Below the pieces are notes generated by a model, which saw only the letters and a list, made by a program, of their open reading frames with translations, made no database searches and was not told the origin of the DNA. Shown here in pieces: positions 1 to 13,639 of a stretch of DNA of 64,000 nucleotides. Every line of letters begins with the position of its first letter. Position 1 is the first letter of the stretch. The stretch lies in the NCBI RefSeq assembly GCF_006345805.1, contig NC_043015.1:14880001-14944000 (forward strand), given 5' to 3'. The position numbers were made by a program, and so were the translations under genes. Source of the stretch: Octopus sinensis. Its lineage: Eukaryota.

Positions 1-94
1 TGTGAAATGAAGTGTTTTGCTCAAGAACACAATACATCACCCAGCCCAGGAATTGAAACTACAGTATTACAATCATGAATACCACTCTCTCTTT

Positions 95-372
95 CTCTCT
101 TACTTGTTTCAGTCATTTGATTGTGGCCATGCTGGAGCACCGCCTTTAGTTGAGCAAATCGACCCCATAACTTATTCTTTGGAAGCCTAGTACTTATTCT
201 ATCCATCTCTTTTGCCGAACCGCTAAGTTACCAGGACATAAACACACCATCATCGGTTGTCAAGCAATGTTGGTGGGGGAGGGGAACAAACATATACACA
301 CACATACATACATATATATGTACATATATACGACAGGCTTCTTTCAGTTTCCATCTACCAAATCCACTCACT
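95..372 (-). mobile_element. Composite tRNA-derived SINE, family A (3' part)
   Basis: Matches the other copies (aagcctagtacttattctat, ggccatgctggagcaccgcc). Confidence 0.8.
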
Positions 373-916
373 GTATATCAATAATTATTAATATAATAAA
401 TCATTTAAGAACTACTGTACTGTATTACATGTCAGTAAGTACACTGAAGATAAGTACTAATACTGAAGTATTATATGTAATATGTAATAAGTACTATTAT
501 GGTACTACATGTTAATATACAATAATAAGGTCATGAGAGTGGTCACTCAACTTGCTAAAAATAGCAGCCAGAAAGCATTCAAATCACATCCTGATACCAT
601 AGAAAAGGATTCGTTGAATAATGTGATCATTGATGCAGTATGACTGTCAAAAATATGAGATCATCATGGGTATTACTGGTATGCTTGATCAGGGCTGACC
701 TTGGGTTAAATAACAACAGCAGCAATGTATACGGCTGTGTTATTGTCAATGAGTACAACTTGAAATGTTGTTTAAGCCTTATTTATTCTTACATGTCTAA
801 GAGTACTTCTGTAGAGGGGATAGAAGATAATCACTGGTACAAATAATGGAAACAATAACAGCAATTAGAAAATTACTATTTTTAAATCTCACAAGAGATA
901 TTCTGCAACAGTACCT

Positions 917-1100
917 TGGAGTAGAGATTTTTGCCAACATAACATGGCAGTCCTGGTTTAGGATGAATGTTGCTGTAATTTAGCCTCAGAGGACACAGAT
1001 TGTGTTGTATATCCAGATGGAGACGATGTCTCCTGGGGCTAAATTACAGCAACATTCATCCTAAACCAGCCATGTTATATTGGCAAAAATCTTTACTCCA
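917..1100. repeat. Palindromic MITE-like hairpin (~78-bp arms)
   Basis: tggagtagagatttttgccaacataacatggc...ggtttaggatgaatgttgctgtaatttagcc pairs with 1035-1100. Confidence 0.75.
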
Positions 1101-1149
1101 ATAACAGCAATGATCTCGAACATACTGAAAATATGTATTACATTAATAA

Positions 1150-1195
<46 letters not shown>

Positions 1196-1329
1196 TACAA
1201 ATGCCTCTTCCCCAGGGGCAGAGACCACTTATACTAACTGCAGAACTAGCAGAAGGTTGAGAAAGTGCATCTATGGGCCAGAGGTTAGAGTGTGATTTTG
1301 GAGTGTAACTCTGTGGGCCAGAGCTTAAA

Positions 1330-1480
1330 GTGACTTCATGTAAATCAGATGATCAATCTTTCTTTGGATGCACTATAAGATGTATGATGTATATCAGCAG
1401 TGTCCCAGATGTGAGAGCAGTGCTCCAGTGTGGGCTTCACCTGAGCTTTATAGAAAGATAGTAGTTCTTAAGTTGTTATT
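1330..1480 (-). mobile_element. Small decayed CR1/L2-like RT fragment
   Basis: LLSFYKAQVKPTLEHCSHIW on the minus strand. Confidence 0.5.
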
Positions 1481-1615
1481 TTTCATCCTCCAATAACTTG
1501 GAGGATGAAAAATATGATGTTTTTTTGATGCCCATGAATGATTTTCAGAGTTAAAATACCACCTTAAGAGAAAAGGAACCCAGACTAATGTCTTTCATAA
1601 AAATCCTTATTACAG

Positions 1616-1686
1616 GTGCTCTAAATGCTATTGTGTTTGGAATGGACAGAAGCATATTTCAACAACTTACACCTTCACAAATAAAG
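1616..1686 (+). CDS. Internal coding exon of a 7TM receptor (helix 7 and start of C-tail; cAMP-receptor-like/GPR157/Git3-like group)
   Basis: Acceptor ttattacag|GT and donor AAG|gtaagt. The 71-nt exon reads (G)ALNAIVFGMDRSIFQQLTPSQIK, resembling the QGxxNxxxxG helix-7 motif of cAMP-receptor-like GPCRs. Ends in phase 0. Family call is from motif recognition only. Confidence 0.7.
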
Positions 1687-3262
1687 GTAAGTACATTTCT
1701 ATATTCTTTCTCAAATAAAAGAACTCCCTTATTCTCTTATATTGCATAATCATTTCTTTTTGTTGAGATCTGTCCCAAGAGTAATGATTACTTTCATTGT
1801 TAAGGTCAGTTATGTTTGTGTATATTTGTGTCTGCAGGGAAAGAGAGAGAGAAAAAAAGAGAGACATCATTAAAGATTGTAGCAATCACTGCTGTCTATG
1901 ATAAATTTTGAAAGTTTCTCTCATAACAACTTGTTAAGAAACTTTGAGTAAAGAACAACATTCAAAATTCTTAATAAGAATGGTTTTTCCAAGTAAACAC
2001 TATAAACATTTGAGTGGAAATGGGAAGTTTAGACATTCCTGCCTCTTTTCATGATATTAGTAGCATAAGTGAATTAAAAATAGCTCCAGCTAGCAAATGT
2101 ACAAATATTGATTCAAACATTGCTATAATAATATTTATTGAGTGAACATTTCTTATATAACATTTCAAATAAAAATGCCTAAAATAGAAACATTTTTATA
2201 GGTCCTTCTAGGACAACAATATTTCCCTTTATTTCATAAGGGTTTTGTTACACCTTTTTTCCCAGGCGTATATAGCTCAAATCATTTTTGTCCTAAGGAT
2301 AATGATTCATATATTGAGCCACATTTATTTAAAGGACACTCTTATGACATTTTTGTTACAAGTGATTAAATACCTTGAGAGGCAAATATTTAGGGATATG
2401 TAGTGAAATAAATGTAGTATTGGTTCCAGTAGTTTCATGCTTTGACTGATTGTTAAATACTGTAATTAATAGTTTTTATAGAAGTTTTATGCCAGGCTTA
2501 ATGCAGAGGTAGAAATATTCTTGACTATTACTGACGGTGTTTCACCCAAAATCAACCTTGTTTGAGCTATTAATGATGTTCAGATCAGGACAATCCCATC
2601 ACTTTTTTTTTCAAGCACAGGAATTACATCATCTAATGCTTCCTTTCTCGTTTTAGACAATAAGGTTTGATTTGAGGGAGATTTTGACTGTTATTTTTGT
2701 CATGTTGAGTGACAGGGTGTGAGAACCCTCTTTTTAGTATAAGAGTTAATTACAAAGTCATCAGAACCTGTGCAGATACATCTGTACAAAGAACATTAGT
2801 GAATCTTTCATTTACAAATTCTGCTTCACAACTACATCGTTCCCAGTTCAGTCCCACTGTGTAGAAATTTGGGGAAGTGTCTTCTACTACAGCTCCAGGG
2901 CACCCAAAACTTTGTTGGCAAATTTGTTAGGCTGAAACCAAAAGAAACTTGTGTGTGTATGTATACAGTAATCCCTCAACTATCACTGGTGTTATGTTCC
3001 AAAACCCCCTACATGAATAATTAAAATCTAAAAAAATATAAATACCTATCAACCAAAGAAACCTGGATATACTGAAGAGTCTGCGATATAAATTTACATA
3101 TATTAGCCAGAAGAATCCGCGATATACTGAGTGCACGAAGGTGAACCACAATCTTCTGAGTGCACGATAGGTGAACTGCAATATGATGAGAGATTACTAT
3201 ATATATATATATATATATATATAGTAATCTCTCATCATATTGCAGTTCACCTAGTTGAATAT

Positions 3263-3318
<56 letters not shown>

Positions 3319-3329
3319 GTATGTATATC

Positions 3330-3735
3330 TTTTTGTTTCACCCATTAGACTGCAGCCATGCTGGGGCACTGCCTTCAAGAATTTTTAGCTGAATGAATTG
3401 ACCCCAATACTTCTTTGTGTGTTTTTTTAAAACCTGGTACTTGTTCTATCAGTTTCTTTTGTTGAACAACTAAGTTATGTGGGCATAAATACACCAACAC
3501 TTGTTGTCAAATGGTGTTGTGGGGGGCAAACACAGTCATAAAGACACACACACACACACACTCACACACATATACATGACAGTCTTCTTTTCAGTTTCTA
3601 TCTACCAAATCCATTCACAAGGCTTTAATTAGCATGAGGCTATAGTAGAAGATACTTGCTCGAGGTGCCATGCTGTGAGACTGAACCTGGAACCATGTAG
3701 TTGGGAAGCAAGCTTCTTACCACACAGCCACATAA
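3330..3735 (-). mobile_element. SINE family A, full length
   Basis: tRNA-like head (rc GTGTGGTAAGAAGCTTGCTTCC...GGTTCAGTC), internal microsatellite and conserved tail. Confidence 0.85.
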
Positions 3736-4658
3736 TGGTAGGGGATTCTATCACCTTGCCTTGATATTGTACAATAGATGTAAACGAGCTTCACCATCAT
3801 GCAAGCAGCATCCCCTTTTCCCAAAATTCTGTGAAAGTATATCTGGTCATGGAGAAATATTACCTCACTTGGAAACTGGTTAGGGCTGGTGACTGGAAGG
3901 GCATCTGGATGTACCAAATCCACCTTGACAAATTCCATCCAACCTATGTAAGCCTAGAAAAGTGGACATTAAAAATGATGGTTATAATGATGTGACATTA
4001 AATTGCTGTTTTTTGTTTAAAGACTTTAAACATTCTTTTCATGTAGACTTTTATTAGAGACTTTGTCAGCTGGAAGTTTCATATTTGAATGCAGTTAAAA
4101 TTGTTCTCAAGTGGGAGGAGTTCCCCTTCTCCGTAATATAGAGTGTTTCTCATTGACTCATTACTGCAGTTGCTACATCCCTGGTCAATTCTGATTAAGC
4201 AGACCTGTGATCAAAGGCATTCCAGACATGACCATTCCATCTTTTTAGGGGTATGTAAGACTCCAAAAACAGTTGGTGTGATTTGAATAATATTTCACTG
4301 CTATTTCTTGTAGATTAATTAGTCTTATAGAGCAGTCATGGGCTGCTCTATAGGGCATTTTTTGAAAAGCAAGCATATGAAACATGGCTCATCATCAGGT
4401 GGGCAGCACTGCTAAGAAAATTCAAAGTAATTTTTCATTAGGAATGTCGTTCATAAAGTCCCACAGGCCATGGTTTGTCCATCACTGTCATAAAGGTTCT
4501 TTCTTTTTTGTTTTTAGTGCTGATAGTACTGATAGTAATGGAGTCATGAACATAATGTAAAGATAGTGTTAGAAGCAGTAGTCATAATAATTGGAGTGAA
4601 AGTGATGATGATGTTTGTTTTGTGTGACATACAATGAGATTCTCTTATAAATAGGTGC

Positions 4659-4822
4659 AGGCATGGCTATGTGGTAAGGAGCTTGATTCTCAGCCACATG
4701 GTTCCAGGTTCAGTCCTAGTGCATGGCACCTTGGACAAGTGTTTTCTACTATAGCCTTGGGCTGACCAAAGCCTTGTGAGTGAATTTGGCAGATGGAAAC
4801 TGAAGGAAGCCTCTCGTGTTTG

Positions 4823-4854
<32 letters not shown>

Positions 4855-5068
4855 TATGTATATATCTAGGTGTGTCTTTGTTCCCCTATCCTCACTTAAC
4901 AACTGGTGTTGGTGTGTTTTTGTCCCTGTAACTTAGTGATTCAGCAAAGAGATCAATAGAATAAGTACTAGGCTTCAAAATAAGTCCTGGGGTTGAATTG
5001 TTCAACAAAACACTTTAAGGCAGTGCTCCAGCATGGCTGCAGTCAAATGATTGAAACAAGTAAAAAAG
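4659..5068 (+). mobile_element. SINE family A, full length
   Basis: A-box/B-box-like head and the same body and tail. Confidence 0.85.
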
Positions 5069-7254
5069 ATTTTTTTTAATATATCAGAGCAGCTGATTAA
5101 AACAACAATAGCATGACATTGGTTTCAAATTTTGGTAGAAGGCCAGTGAGTTCGAGTGAGGGGTTTAGTTGATTACATAAACTCCAGTGCTCAACTGGTA
5201 TTTATTTTACTGACCCTGAAAAGATGATAGGCAAAGTCAAGCTCAGCAGCATTTGAACTCCGAACACAAAGACAGACGAAATACTGATAAACATTTTGTC
5301 TGGCATGCTAACAATTCTGCTAGCTCACCACCTTACAATAATGTAATATTATTATCCTCACTTTTCTATCCACCACTCATCTACCATCATTGATATTAAA
5401 TTTGTGTCATAACAACCCATCATATCCCTGCACCTCAGAAGCTATCCTGTGTTTCCTTGAACTTTTCATTGTTTTTATCTTCTTTTTTTTTTAATGTAGC
5501 ATAAAAACTTAATAGATAATGAAAGACTTTTTTCAAAATGACCTTTGTATGCTTAGTTAAAGTAACAAGACCTTAATTTGTTTCATTGCAATTCTGTTGC
5601 ATCTTTATTTCCTATAAAACCTACTGCAGACTATTGTTTTAAGCTTGTTGCATCCACCATGGAGTACTAGATATTAAATTAAAGCAGGGTTTTGAAAATA
5701 ATTTTTGTCCAAGCCATTTGCGTTACTAATTGGCCAAGATAACAAAACATTTAATACTTTAATTAGATTTTCTAAACCAAATTCAGTCAACCACTGTGTT
5801 GGGTTAGAGAGAAGAACACTTTTATTTTATTGCATGTTTTTCTGAATGATAGCGTCACTGGGTATTTGTGCTGAAACAGGGTTCCAATTAGCCAATCATT
5901 GGTTCACTGCAGGCAAATCACTAAAATTGATACAATTTATACACATAACCTCTTTTGGTTGAACTTTCTTTTCCTTCGTATTGTTACATTCATCAAATAG
6001 TCACCAAATATTCAAAACATTTATATGATTCTATAAAAATAAATCCTGTACTTGTTTCTATTGCTCTCTTTCTCTCTCTCGCTCTCTCTCTCTCTTTCTC
6101 TCTCTTTGTTTCTTTTCTTCCTCCCTCTTTTATTTCTCTATTTCTGTCTTTATTTTTTTTTCTTTCTTTCTGTTATGGTTTCTAAACCTCTGTCTTTGTT
6201 TCACTTTGTTCAGTCTCTCCTCTGCCTCTTTTGCTTCATCTCTCTCTCTCTCCCTTTCTGTCTCTTTCCTCCCTCCCTCTCCCTCCCCCTCTCTTTGTTT
6301 CCCATTCCCAAAGTTTGTCTTCATCCTCTTTATCCAATAGAATGAATCAATTGTGAATTAGTTGAACTTTACTGTCCATCAAAGCAGTGTTGTGATAATT
6401 TATCTTTTTTTATTCCAGTATGAATGGCTTTCCTTGCTTAGTTATTGCTATTATGAGACAAATTTGATCAACTAAATATTTTCTTCTTCATTCCACCCAT
6501 ATTGTGAACAAGCCAATTTATAATGAGTCACAGCATTTTAAAAAATTGTTAGCTTCAGAAATCAATCCATGAATTCCACTTATACTGGACTGTATAGATT
6601 GACTGGTTTCTTTCATTTTTTACCAAATTCAAAATAAATCCAAACATACATCCATTTATGTATTTGCTTTCCTTGATGGTGTTCTACCTTAGTCCCAGTT
6701 TTTGACTGATATAGCTGTCCTATGATCAAAGATATTCTGACTATGACTATCCCAGCTTGTTTTTAAATGTGGTGTATCATAGACCACATTATTTCAAAAT
6801 GTTTTGCCATTTGCTAGATGGTAAGGTGTATCATTTAGAGGAAAGGATTTTATTGCTATTTCTAACAGGTCAAACACTCTTTAATGGACTCCAGTTAAAT
6901 AATTTGATAGAAAAGAGCCTATTTCCAGGACTTTCTGGAAACAATCCAAATAAAATGAAAGACAGAATTTAGTGTTTCCAACATCAATTATCAGAAGTAA
7001 CACTTCGTAAATAAAATTTTTACTTACATACTTAGCTAATAACACTGTCTTTTATCTTTTACTAGTACCATTGATTGGTCTGTGGCCATGCTGGCGCACC
7101 ACCTTAAAGGGTTTAGTTAAACAAATTGACCCCAATTCTTTATTTTAAAGTCTGGTACTTTCTCTATCAGTTCCTTTTGATAAAATACTAAGTTAAGAGA
7201 GAGAGAGAGAGACACACACACACACACACACACGTATGTATGTATGTAGGTCTT

Positions 7255-8074
7255 TTCTCTTGAATAGCTGTGTTGAGTCATTCCATCTGTTGAACACAGA
7301 GTTCCACATTGACCATTTGGTTCCGATCAAGCAATTCGTAATGGATAATCCCTTCCCAGTCCCACCATATGTACAACATTGTTTTACGCGGAGGAAGATC
7401 TTGTTTCACACACGGTGTCACTTGTCTACCAGGGCTAAGCCATTCCTTACACTGCTTCATACAGGCACCATTTTTCGTCGCTAGTAACGATTCGGTAAAG
7501 AAATCGTTGCTTGTGTCCATGAGTTGAGCGGTGACAAGCAAGCAAACCAGTGGAGATTGTGGCTCATTGATTTTTGTTGTTGTTACTTAAAGCATGTGGA
7601 ACCCATGCTCCATACTTCTGAACCTTTCCCATCAAATGAAGATGCTTCTCTATTGCAGTTCCCTTGTCGTTTGACGAGAATTTTCGTGCAAAAGTTGGTT
7701 TAATTGCTCTTCATTGAACTCAACTGGATGGCCAGAACAAGGTGTGTCTTTGAGGTCAATCACAAGCAGTTCTTTCAGCTATAGTACCCTCTCCATACAC
7801 AGGACAAATGTCGTGAGCAGCTTTTGTGGCCTTAGAACCTTGATTAAAAGCAAAAAGGAGGTGTCGAATATGCTCATTTTTCCTAACTTGACATTCCATT
7901 TTAATGATCTGAAAATAAACAAAAATTAACTAAAATTTACTAGAAAAATAAACAAAATAGATTCCAAAATGATACAAAAATAGAATTCTTAAAAAAAAAT
8001 AGATTCCAAAATTTAAAAATGTAATAAATTCCAAAATTTAAAAAAACAGCGGGAACATAGTTGCCAACCCAATA
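7255..8074 (-). mobile_element. Mariner (Mos1/Hsmar1-like) fragment, 3'-truncated
   Basis: Transposase pieces PRKTMLYIWWDWEGIIHYELL. Terminal TATTGGGTTGGCAA TIR with TA at ~8074. Confidence 0.85.
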
Positions 8075-8627
8075 TATAACAGGATGGAACATTCATGGCT
8101 TTTTATTCATCAGTCAGGCTTCAAATCATCATTACAGTTTCAGCCTGTTTTATTTAAGACTGTTCAAATTTGGCTGGCCCCCAAAAATCTAAGCTAAGAG
8201 CATTACATTTTTGGAAGAAAGCGAGCGAATATGTGTGACAACACAGATAAAAAACTGAGAAAATGGAGAAAATGTTACACAATTACAAATACAAACAACA
8301 AGAATAACAACAGGTGTCTTTTGACTAAAAGGACAAATTCAGTTAAGCTGGCATGTGAAGTGGAAGCCTTGTGGCAACAAACGTACATGAAAATCAGGAG
8401 ACAAGAAAATAAGGTGTCATGCAAGCGGCTAATTGGATTTCAATAAAAATCGATAATGGAGTGACTATGGGGGTTGGGCTATTACATGATAAAATGAATG
8501 AGATGCAAAAGTGTTAGGGTCAGGGAAATGTGGCATAATGAGGGTGGCTGATATCAGGGAAGGGGAGGAGACAGGAAGAGATAGACAGACAGGGAATGTG
8601 AGAGACAGACAGGGACACTTCCATATA

Positions 8628-9477
8628 CAGGTCCTTGTTGACTTATGACCACAATTGGTTGCGACTGACTGGTCGTAAGTTGATTTGGTTGTTAGTCGAC
8701 CTATAGGTCTACATAGCTTTGTTTAATATTTTTACATTCTTAAGGTACATTCTCAGGTAAAAGTCACACACAGCATCCTGTATTATACTATTATAGTCAA
8801 AAATTTCAGTCTCAGGCTTATAAACAAATATGAGGTTGCCTCGATGTCTCCACGACAGGATAGTCATCCAACATTTGGGATAACCACAGCGGCGATCAAT
8901 AACTAAACCTAGAGGAAGCGTTTGTTAGCTGACATCACACATAGATGGATTAATTTCTAAGAAATTAAACCCATTAGATTTCAACTGGACTATTTATTAT
9001 TGTTGCCAGGAGCTGGCGCACCAATCATCGTAAAGTCGATCAGTCATAAGGTGGATAGGTTGTAAGTCGACAATGAATCTTTATATATAAAAGTGAGGTT
9101 GTGTGCTGTCTGTCTCATACGATTTAGATTCTTAACTACTCCCACATTTTGCAGTGCAGTTTAACCAAAACCGGGTATCTTATAGTCGTGATTCATATCG
9201 AGCCCTTCTGGGTATTAGCGCGCGTCTACAATGAGTCTACGATTTAAAAAAAATTTACCATCAATTTTTCCCATTTCTAATGCATTTTTGGCATATATAA
9301 GGGAAGTAACTCTCTAAAAATTTATTATTAAATCTCAGAACGTAAAAAGCTACAGTAACACCCCCCCCCTTTGTGGTTAGCCATATTGAGATGGCTATTA
9401 TACTTTACATCTCTAAAAATGCTTATATAGTTATTTCCATTACAAACCCGAGCAACGCCGGGCGATACTGCTAGTTG
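8628..9477. mobile_element. Tigger/pogo-type MITE whose right TIR is split by a Helitron
   Basis: Left TA|CAGGTCCTTGTTGACTTATGAC. The right TIR is restored as GTTGTAAGTCGACAATGAA+TTG|TA once 9078-9474 is removed. Confidence 0.7.
9078..9474 (+). mobile_element. Non-autonomous Helitron-type element
   Basis: 5' TC, 3' CCCG-AGCAACGC-CGGG hairpin then CTAG, inserted between A and T with no TSD. Confidence 0.85.
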
Positions 9478-10189
9478 TATATAAAAGAGTGTTTGTGCGT
9501 GTGTGTGTGTGTTTTCCTTATGCATTCGAAAATTGAGTTGCTGATTTTGATGTATGGGATATCAAAAGATTCAGTAATCTTACGACTACCAAATAAACAT
9601 TTTCATTTACATATTTGCTTTACAAAAATTTTACATTATAATCTTTTCTATAAGTCAACTGTCAACAACATTTTATAACACGACAACACATTTTCTATAT
9701 GAGTGTGTACCTTAAAGATATCCATTTCTCTATATGTTATGATGAAATAGTCACTCACTCTCTCTCTCTCTCTCTCTCTCACATACACATACGCATGTAT
9801 ACAAAAATGACGAATGCATATGTATGTGTATAGGTAAGACGTGTGTGTGTGTGTGTGTGTGTGTGAGACAGGGAGAGATACGGAGTGAGTTCCACTTACA
9901 CATACATGACAACACACACCTTCACTCACTCACTCTCTTTCTCTCTCATGTACACACACACACTCACACACATATATATACATACATATATAATACACGG
10001 GTCTTACATTCCAAACCTGCTGCTATAGGTGAAAATCCATGAAGCAGAAGCAGTACTGTACTGATATTTTTTTTTTATTATTTTATTGACTAAACTGGCA
10101 AAATGGCCATTCCGAAATATAACAATATATATATTCATTTTATTATAAATGCAAAACATTTAAAATGCAAAATAAATGCAAAACTGGAT

Positions 10190-11730
10190 GTTAGTTTGAG
10201 ACAGGATCTGTTTGAGCTAGTCTTTAAAATGGAATTTTGGGCTTCCTCTGGGTCTTGTTCCGATTGAGAGTTCTCTGTAGACGATGGCAAAGAATGGTGG
10301 CTTCAGTGCTTGGTAGTGAGGTGCAGTGAAGAACTTCAGTGTTTGTAATATGAATATTATTGAATATCCACTGAATATCGAGGATCTGTTGAAGCTTGGA
10401 TTGCTAGAAGCATTCAAGGCACTTGAAGTCATGGCAATACAGCATCCAAGTTTCACAAACATAGAGAAGAGTTGACAGGACAATAACATGGAAGACCATG
10501 ATCTTTGTCCAGATGCTCAGTGTGTGATTGAAGAATACACGATGGCTGAGTCTACTGAAAACGGAGTGGGCCACCCTGATCTGGTTCTCCAAGTCCTTTT
10601 CACATGTGGGAGTCTTCGAAAGAATACTCCCAAGGTATGAGAAGTGTTCAACTTCTAGGGGTTGGCCGTTGATGCTAATGTTCGTAGGTGGACTGTTCTG
10701 GCCTGGTGCAGACTAGATCAAGGTCTTGGTCTTTAATATATTTACTTGCATCCCAAAGCATTCATAAGCCACGTTGTAAAGATCAGCCGTCCTATATAGG
10801 CCATCTACGGTCTGGCTCAAGGTGGCATTATCATTGGCATACTGCATCTCATTGACTGAGATGGTGGAGGTCCTTGTCTTTGCACGGAGACATGCAAGAT
10901 TGAAGAGTCCAGTGATAGTGCATGTTGATGGAAGGTGAGTCCAATGGGATTTCATTGAACATGGCAGCCGTGTACAAAGAGAAATTGGTTGGTGCCAGGA
11001 TGCATCCTTGCTTAAAACCCCCAGTGATAGGAAACAGGTCTGTGAGGGTATTTTGATGACATACCCTACCCACCATGCTGTCGTGAAGGGAGTGGACCAG
11101 GGCAATGAAGTCCTCAGGACATCCAAACTGAGCAGGGACAGCCCACATTGCAGGACAGGGGACCTTGTCATATGCTTTCTTTAGATCCCAGAAGATGAAT
11201 AGTGCAGGCTATTGTTGTTCTTGACACTCCTCCTAAAGTTGGCAAGCACAAAAGATCATGTCGATTGTGCCTCAAAAGGGTCGAAAGCCACACTGGTGCT
11301 AAGGGAGGACGTCTTCTGTGAGGATGAGGAGGCGATTGAGAAGATCTTGCTTGCAATACTCAGGAGTGAGATGCTCTGATAATTGTTGCAATCCTCTTGG
11401 TCTCCCTTCTTGTAGATGGTGATGATAGCTACATCGTGGAAGTTGTTTGGAGGGTCTTGCTTTCCCAGATCTTGAGGATAAGGAACATCACATGATTTCT
11501 CAGCTCAGGACCTCCATGTGTTGTCTGGTCCTGGAGCTTTGCCTGGCTTCATGCACTTGAATGTCTTGTTGAACTCATGGGGCGAGGGCGGCAGGGATAT
11601 CCAGTGGAGGATGGGGTGCTGTGAGGTGTTTTGGAGATCATCTGGATTGCATGTGTGGTCATTAAGTAGGCTCTTGAAATGGGACTTCCAGCAATCAAGG
11701 ATTCCCTGGGTTTCAGTTATCATAGAACCA
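10190..11730 (-). mobile_element. BovB-like RTE fragment (RT region, frameshifted)
   Basis: ORF pieces LFNLACLRAKTRT, QGCILAPTNFSLY, YANDNA, KVFHVIVLSTLLYVCETW, MKPGKAPGPDN. Confidence 0.85.
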
Positions 11731-11972
11731 ACTGTTATATATATATATATATATATAAGTATATTCATAGCCACTTTAACATGGATGTCCATTCAAACAG
11801 ACTCTTTTGGAATTTTTAAAGTAGCTACGAATATTAGTGGACTCAACTGCGATTTTTAAAGTGACTATGAATATTACTTGTTAAATATTTTGAATATTAT
11901 TTATCAGTATGAATACTGTGTTGATCTCTTAGAAAGATTTTAGAACTAATATTTTTGCTTATATATATATAT

Positions 11973-12310
11973 GAAGGCGCATGGCTCAGTGGTTAGAGCG
12001 TCAAGCTTACGATCGTGATGTTGTAAGCTCGAAACCTGGACCGGGCTGCGTGTTGTGTTCTTGAGCAAGACACTTTATTTCACATTGCTCCAGTTCACTC
12101 AGCTGTAGAAATGAGTTGTGATGTCACAGGTGCCAAGCTGTATTGGCCCTTGCCTTTCCCTTGGATAACACTGGTGGCATGGAGTGGGGAGGCCGGTATG
12201 CATGGGCGACTGCTGGTCTTCCACAAAACAACCTTGCCCGAACTTGGGCTTGGGAGGGTAACTTTCTAGGTGCAGTCCCTTGGTCAATGTCATGACCGAA
12301 AGGGGTCACA
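11973..12310 (+). mobile_element. tRNA-derived SINE family C (heads also at 1-80 - and 42146-42208 +)
   Basis: TGGCTCAGTGGTTAGAGCG...TCGAAACC head followed by a cttgagcaagacactt...cactcagctgt central domain. Confidence 0.8.
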
Positions 12311-13458
12311 GACTCATATATATATATATATATATATATATGTAAATGTAAAAAAATACAAACTGGGACAAGAACGTGAAACATTTAGAAGACGATACAA
12401 AAAACACGGACGGGACATTCGAAGCCTTCAATCTTCAGTCAAGAACCGGATCATCTTCGCAATTTCGGCTGATTAATCTTATATATACACGCACACACAC
12501 ATATATACATACATACATACACAGACACACACACCCACACACACATATATATATATATACATAGATATATACACACATATATATACATATGTATATAGAT
12601 ACATGTGTATATATATGTACATACATATATATTTATACATATACATCTATATAATATATACGTGTGTGTGTGTGTCTATACACTTGACATTTAAACTGAC
12701 TTTTGCTGAAGTAGTTATCAAAACCTGTTTAATGAAGTTAATGTTTAATAGAATCTAATGCAGCTAATCTCTTGACATTCCGTATAATGTTTTAGTGGTA
12801 GTGTTTGCTCGCCGAGGCTCTACTAATTAGCAGCATTAGCACCATTACATGGTGATTCCAACTCATACACCATCTCCATATTCACCTTGTCTGAGTTCTG
12901 CATATTTGACTAATCATTGTAAATGTTAATAGTTCTTCGAATACATTTTCTTCTGGAGAGTATTGAGTAATTTGATTGAAGGGCTGAGAGTATGGTTGAC
13001 TGACTCATTTTGATACACAATATATTTCAATTTTAATAATACTCACATAAATGAAATTAGTAGTAATGCAGATGAAAAAGAACAAATAGGTTTAAGATGT
13101 TAGATGTGTTTAGATAACTGATGATATTGTCATTATGACAACACCCAGAACACGATTACAACAGAGACTCACACACACATGTATGTCTATATATGGGTAT
13201 ATATTTACAGATATATAATCTGTGAGTGTATGTGTGTGTTTATCTTTTATTTGTTTGAGTCATTAGACTGTAGCCATGCTGCCGCACTGCTGTGAAGAAT
13301 TTTTAGTTTAACAAATTGACCTCAGTACTTATTGTTTTTTTAAACTGGTACTTATTTTATTGGTCTCTTTCGTCAAATGGCTAAGTTACAGGGACATAAA
13401 CACACCAACACTGGTTGTAAGTAGTGTTTGGACACACACAAACACATGTATGTGTATG

Positions 13459-13508
<50 letters not shown>

Positions 13509-13639
13509 TACGTGTGTGTGTGTATGCACACACGCATGTATGTGTGTGTTCTGTGTTTGTACGTGTCTGACCACTACTTTCAGCTAGTGTTGGTGTGTTT
13601 ATGTCCCCGTAACTTAGCAGTTTGGCAAAAGACTTCCTG

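Noticed and set aside
2266-2403. Open phase-0 frame after ttttttcccag just downstream of the GPCR exon
   Set aside because: Hydrophobic, AT-driven translation with no supporting similarity; 22188 is the better partner.
11975-12050. tRNA-like sequence with A and B boxes (also 42146-42208 and 36985-37055)
   Set aside because: No proper cloverleaf or acceptor stem, and it continues into a SINE body: these are SINE heads, not tRNA genes.
12415-12450. Minus-strand CTGAAGA...TTCGAA in the 12345/18015 repeat family
   Set aside because: I could not build convincing helices I and II from either copy.
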